Assembly: GCA_035641035.1 (NCBI GenBank)
Contig: DASQVA010000033.1
Coordinates: forward strand, 737 to 64,736
Direction of reading: 5' to 3'
Length of the DNA: 64,000 nucleotides
Source of the DNA: Rubrobacter sp.
GTDB taxonomy: Bacteria; Actinomycetota; Rubrobacteria; Rubrobacterales; Rubrobacteraceae
In this document: positions 61,455-64,000 of the stretch, piece by piece
Layout: each line of letters starts with the position of its first letter
Numbering within the stretch: the stretch's first letter is position 1
The notes under the pieces: model-generated
Seen by the model: the letters and a program-made list of their open reading frames with translations, nothing else
Databases searched by the model: none
What the model was told of the DNA's origin: nothing
Program-made: the position numbers and the translations under genes

Positions 61455-62216
61455 CTATTCCCTAGGTCCGCCGGCCACGTAGAGGACCTGGCCGCTCACG
61501 AACGAGGCCTCCTCGGAGGCGAAGTACAGGATCGCCGCGGCCACGTCTTCAGGCCAGCCGGAGCGACCGACGGGGATGCTCTGCACGCGCTGGGCGACAA
61601 AGTCGTCAAAGGCCACTCCGAGGCGGGCTGCGGTGTCGCGAGTCATCTCCGTCTCGATAAACCCGGGGGCGACAGCGTTCGCGGTGATGCTGTAGCGCCC
61701 GAGCTCGACCGCCAAGGTCTTGGTGAAGCCCTGGATGCCGGCTTTTGCCGCCGCGTAGTTGGCCTGGCCGCTATTGCCGAGGGCGCTGGTCGAGGAGACG
61801 TTTATGATCCTGCCGTAGTTATTTTCGACCATGTATTTTTGGGCCGCTCGGCTGCAGAAAAAGGTGCCCGTTAGGTGGACGTTCATAACGGTGCGCCAGT
61901 CCTCGTCGGTCATTTTGTAGATCAGGCTGTCCTTGGTCACACCCGCATTGTTGACGAGGATGTCCAACCGCCCGTAGCGGTTCACCACCCCACTGACGGC
62001 GTTCTCAACCTCGCTGTGGCTCGTCACGTCCACCCTGACCGCGAACGCGTCCATCCCCTCCTCCACGAGCTGGCGCGCCGTCGTGGTTACGCCCTCGGCG
62101 CCCACGTCCGTCAGGCACACCCTGGCCCCCTCGCGAGCGAAGCGCCGCGCCGTGGCCTCGCCTATGCCGCGCCCCGCCCCGGTCACCATCGCGACCCTGC
62201 CATCAAGTCGGCCCAA
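61455..62216 (-). CDS. FabG-like SDR 3-oxoacyl reductase
   Basis: 'TGAGRGIG', 'NNAG', 'YAAAK'; SD AAAGGAG-N5-TTG 62216. Confidence 0.92.
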   Translation of the reverse strand: MGRLDGRVAMVTGAGRGIGEATARRFAREGARVCLTDVGAEGVTTTARQLVEEGMDAFAVRVDVTSHSEVENAVSGVVNRYGRLDILVNNAGVTKDSLIYKMTDEDWRTVMNVHLTGTFFCSRAAQKYMVENNYGRIINVSSTSALGNSGQANYAAAKAGIQGFTKTLAVELGRYSITANAVAPGFIETEMTRDTAARLGVAFDDFVAQRVQSIPVGRSGWPEDVAAAILYFASEEASFVSGQVLYVAGGPRE

Positions 62217-62281
62217 TGTCGCTCCTTTCAATCGCTAAGGTGTCAGGTTCTCGCTGATGCCTGTAGCCTGTGCCCTGATGC

Positions 62282-63127
62282 TCAATTAATGATCGTAAGG
62301 TCGTGCGCAGTTTTTCGTCCGAGCCTGCCGGCCCGGACGAGTTCTTCGAGGATACGCAGGGGTATAGTAGGGCTCGTCCAGTTGTTTGTGGACATAGGAG
62401 ATCGCGTCTAGGGCCACGTTCAACCCGCAAAGTTCCCGAGCTCGAACGGGCGTGCGGGGGACCAGAGCCCGTGCTTTACCAGGGGGTCGATGTCCTCATT
62501 CGTGGCCATCCCTCCTCCAGCGAGCGGCAGGCCTCTATGAACATCGGCATGAAAAAGTGGTCCGCGACGAAGCCGGACACGACCTTCTCCCCAATCACGG
62601 AGAGCTTGCCGAAGGACCTCACGAGTGCCTTCGTCCGCTCGAGGGTCTCGGCGCTCGTGAGGAGGCCGCGTGGTACCTCGACGCCTCGCGCACCGGCGGC
62701 GGGGTGAACAGTGCGACTCGCGGACCTTCCCGGGCCTCTGTGTGGCAGAGGCGAGGTCGGTTATGAAGATGAAGGAGGTGTTGGTGAAGATGAGAGGGTC
62801 GGGTGGGAGCAGGGCACCGAGGGCGACGAAGACCTCCTTTTTCGGTTCGACCTTCTCGACGATAGCCTCTAAGACGGCCGGGGCGTCGCGGAGCTTTTCC
62901 GGGTTCGCCGTCCAGTGGATGCGCTCGCAGTGGGAGGATGCCTCGTTCTCGGGAAAGGTGCCCCTTTGGTCGAGGCGGGAGAGGCCATCGTCGACGCAGA
63001 CCTGGACGCGCCCTAAGGCCTCAACCGAGGCGTCGCAGGCCAGTACCCGGTAGCCGGACTGGGCTGCGAGCTGGACTATGCCGGCGCCCATCGTGCTCGC
63101 ACCGAAGAAGCCCAGAATGTGCTCCAC
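62282..63127 (-). pseudogene. Frameshifted 3-hydroxyacyl-CoA dehydrogenase
   Basis: 'GASTMGAGI', 'EAIVE..EPKK', 'TNTS'; frameshifts near 62710 and 62510; later fragments 'VEVPRGLLTS', 'GFVAD', 'GRLGRKT'; internal stops. Confidence 0.8.
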
Positions 63128-64000
63128 TACACGTCTCCGGTGCGCGCGAGGTGTTCGGCGTGCAGGATTAGGGTCCGGACACGGTCACCGAAGGCGGCGA
63201 AGCGCTCGTCTTTGGTCTGGCCGTTCTTCCAGCGCGCAAAGATCTGCTGCAGAATACCTGCGAGCTTGAAGTACCCGAAGACCACGTACCAGTGCATCTC
63301 GGAGAGGTCGCGCCCGCTCGTCTCGGCGTAGCGGTTGATAATCTCCTTGCGGGTCATGAAGCCGGGCGTGGCCGTCACGGTAGGCATGACCGCCTTGAGC
63401 TCGTCGGGGTCGTCCGGCTCGACCCAGTACGAGAGCGAGACGGCCAGATCGAAGAGCGGGTCGCCGATGGTCGCCATCTCCCAGTCGAGGACGGCGCGGA
63501 CCTCCGTAAGGTCGCCGGGGTCGAGGACGAGGTTATTGAGTTTGTAGTCGTTGTGAATCACGGCCGACTCCGGGCTCTCGGGGACGTTAGCGGCAATCCA
63601 GTCGGTGAGGGGGCCGACCTCCTGTATCTCGTCTGTCTTGGCCTTGTCGTAACGCGAGATCCAACCTCGAGTCTGCCGCTCCAGGAAACCTTCCGGTCTC
63701 CCGAGGTCCCCGAGCTCCGACTCCTCGGGGTCGACCGCGTGTAGCTCCACGAGGGTTTCCGCGACGGTGCGAGAGACGCCGCGGCACAGCTCGGCGTCGG
63801 GCTCGATCCCCTCCGGAAACGAGTCGTCGAGCACGACACCCGTTCTGCGCTCCATTACGTAGAACGGAGCCCCGATTACCGACGCGTCCTCGCAGTAAAA
63901 GTAAGGCCTCGGGGCGAGCGGAAAGACGGCGTTGAGCTTCGCCAGGACGCCGGACTCGCGGCCCATGTCGTGGGCCTTCGGCGGCACGGGCCCCAAGGGG
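63127..64000 (-). CDS. APH/ACAD10-like phosphotransferase family protein (5' end outside the window)
   Basis: 'AHDMGRE', 'IHNDYKLNN', 'VLDWEMATIGDP'. Confidence 0.9.
   Translation of the reverse strand, partial: PLGPVPPKAHDMGRESGVLAKLNAVFPLAPRPYFYCEDASVIGAPFYVMERRTGVVLDDSFPEGIEPDAELCRGVSRTVAETLVELHAVDPEESELGDLGRPEGFLERQTRGWISRYDKAKTDEIQEVGPLTDWIAANVPESPESAVIHNDYKLNNLVLDPGDLTEVRAVLDWEMATIGDPLFDLAVSLSYWVEPDDPDELKAVMPTVTATPGFMTRKEIINRYAETSGRDLSEMHWYVVFGYFKLAGILQQIFARWKNGQTKDERFAAFGDRVRTLILHAEHLARTGDV

Overview
High-GC bacterial chromosome segment, most consistent with a Rubrobacter-like deep-branching Actinomycetota. This is inferred from mIHF-gmk-rpoZ-coaBC-metK-priA synteny together with ftsA plus sepF and pilMNO. 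Almost all genes are on the minus strand and are housekeeping. In window order: type IV pilus pilMNO, a sugar acetyltransferase, fmt/def/priA/metK/coaBC/rpoZ/gmk/mihF, a Gln-rich stress-type gene, the pyr/car operon with a PyrR site, rluA, the complete dcw/ylm cluster (mraZ to yggT, without murE), tRNA-Ile2 and tRNA-Asn, dnaG, PEP carboxylase (plus strand), the dgt-recO-deoC-era-cdd-dgkA-ybeY-HD-phoH block, yqeY, rsmE-dnaJ-hrcA-lepA, rpsT, holA and an acyl-CoA cluster. No CRISPR array, intact transposase or prophage was seen, and I cannot point to a complete novel multi-gene system. The most notable observations: (1) several intact core genes (mraZ CTG, ftsQ ATC, phoH ACG, acetyltransferase ATA, rsmE GTC/ATA) appear to need non-canonical start codons behind good SD motifs; (2) a tandem NrdR-box-like pair, 31 bp apart, upstream of the cell-division cluster; (3) a CoaBC whose decarboxylase domain lacks its catalytic motifs; (4) a 7TM-HD (PgpH-like) protein lacking its ectodomain; (5) a 129-bp inverted-repeat element abutting the phoH SD; (6) a Gln-rich gene with a SigB/SigF-type promoter and an in-frame amber codon; (7) several decayed genes, including a DnaA-domain-I-like remnant.
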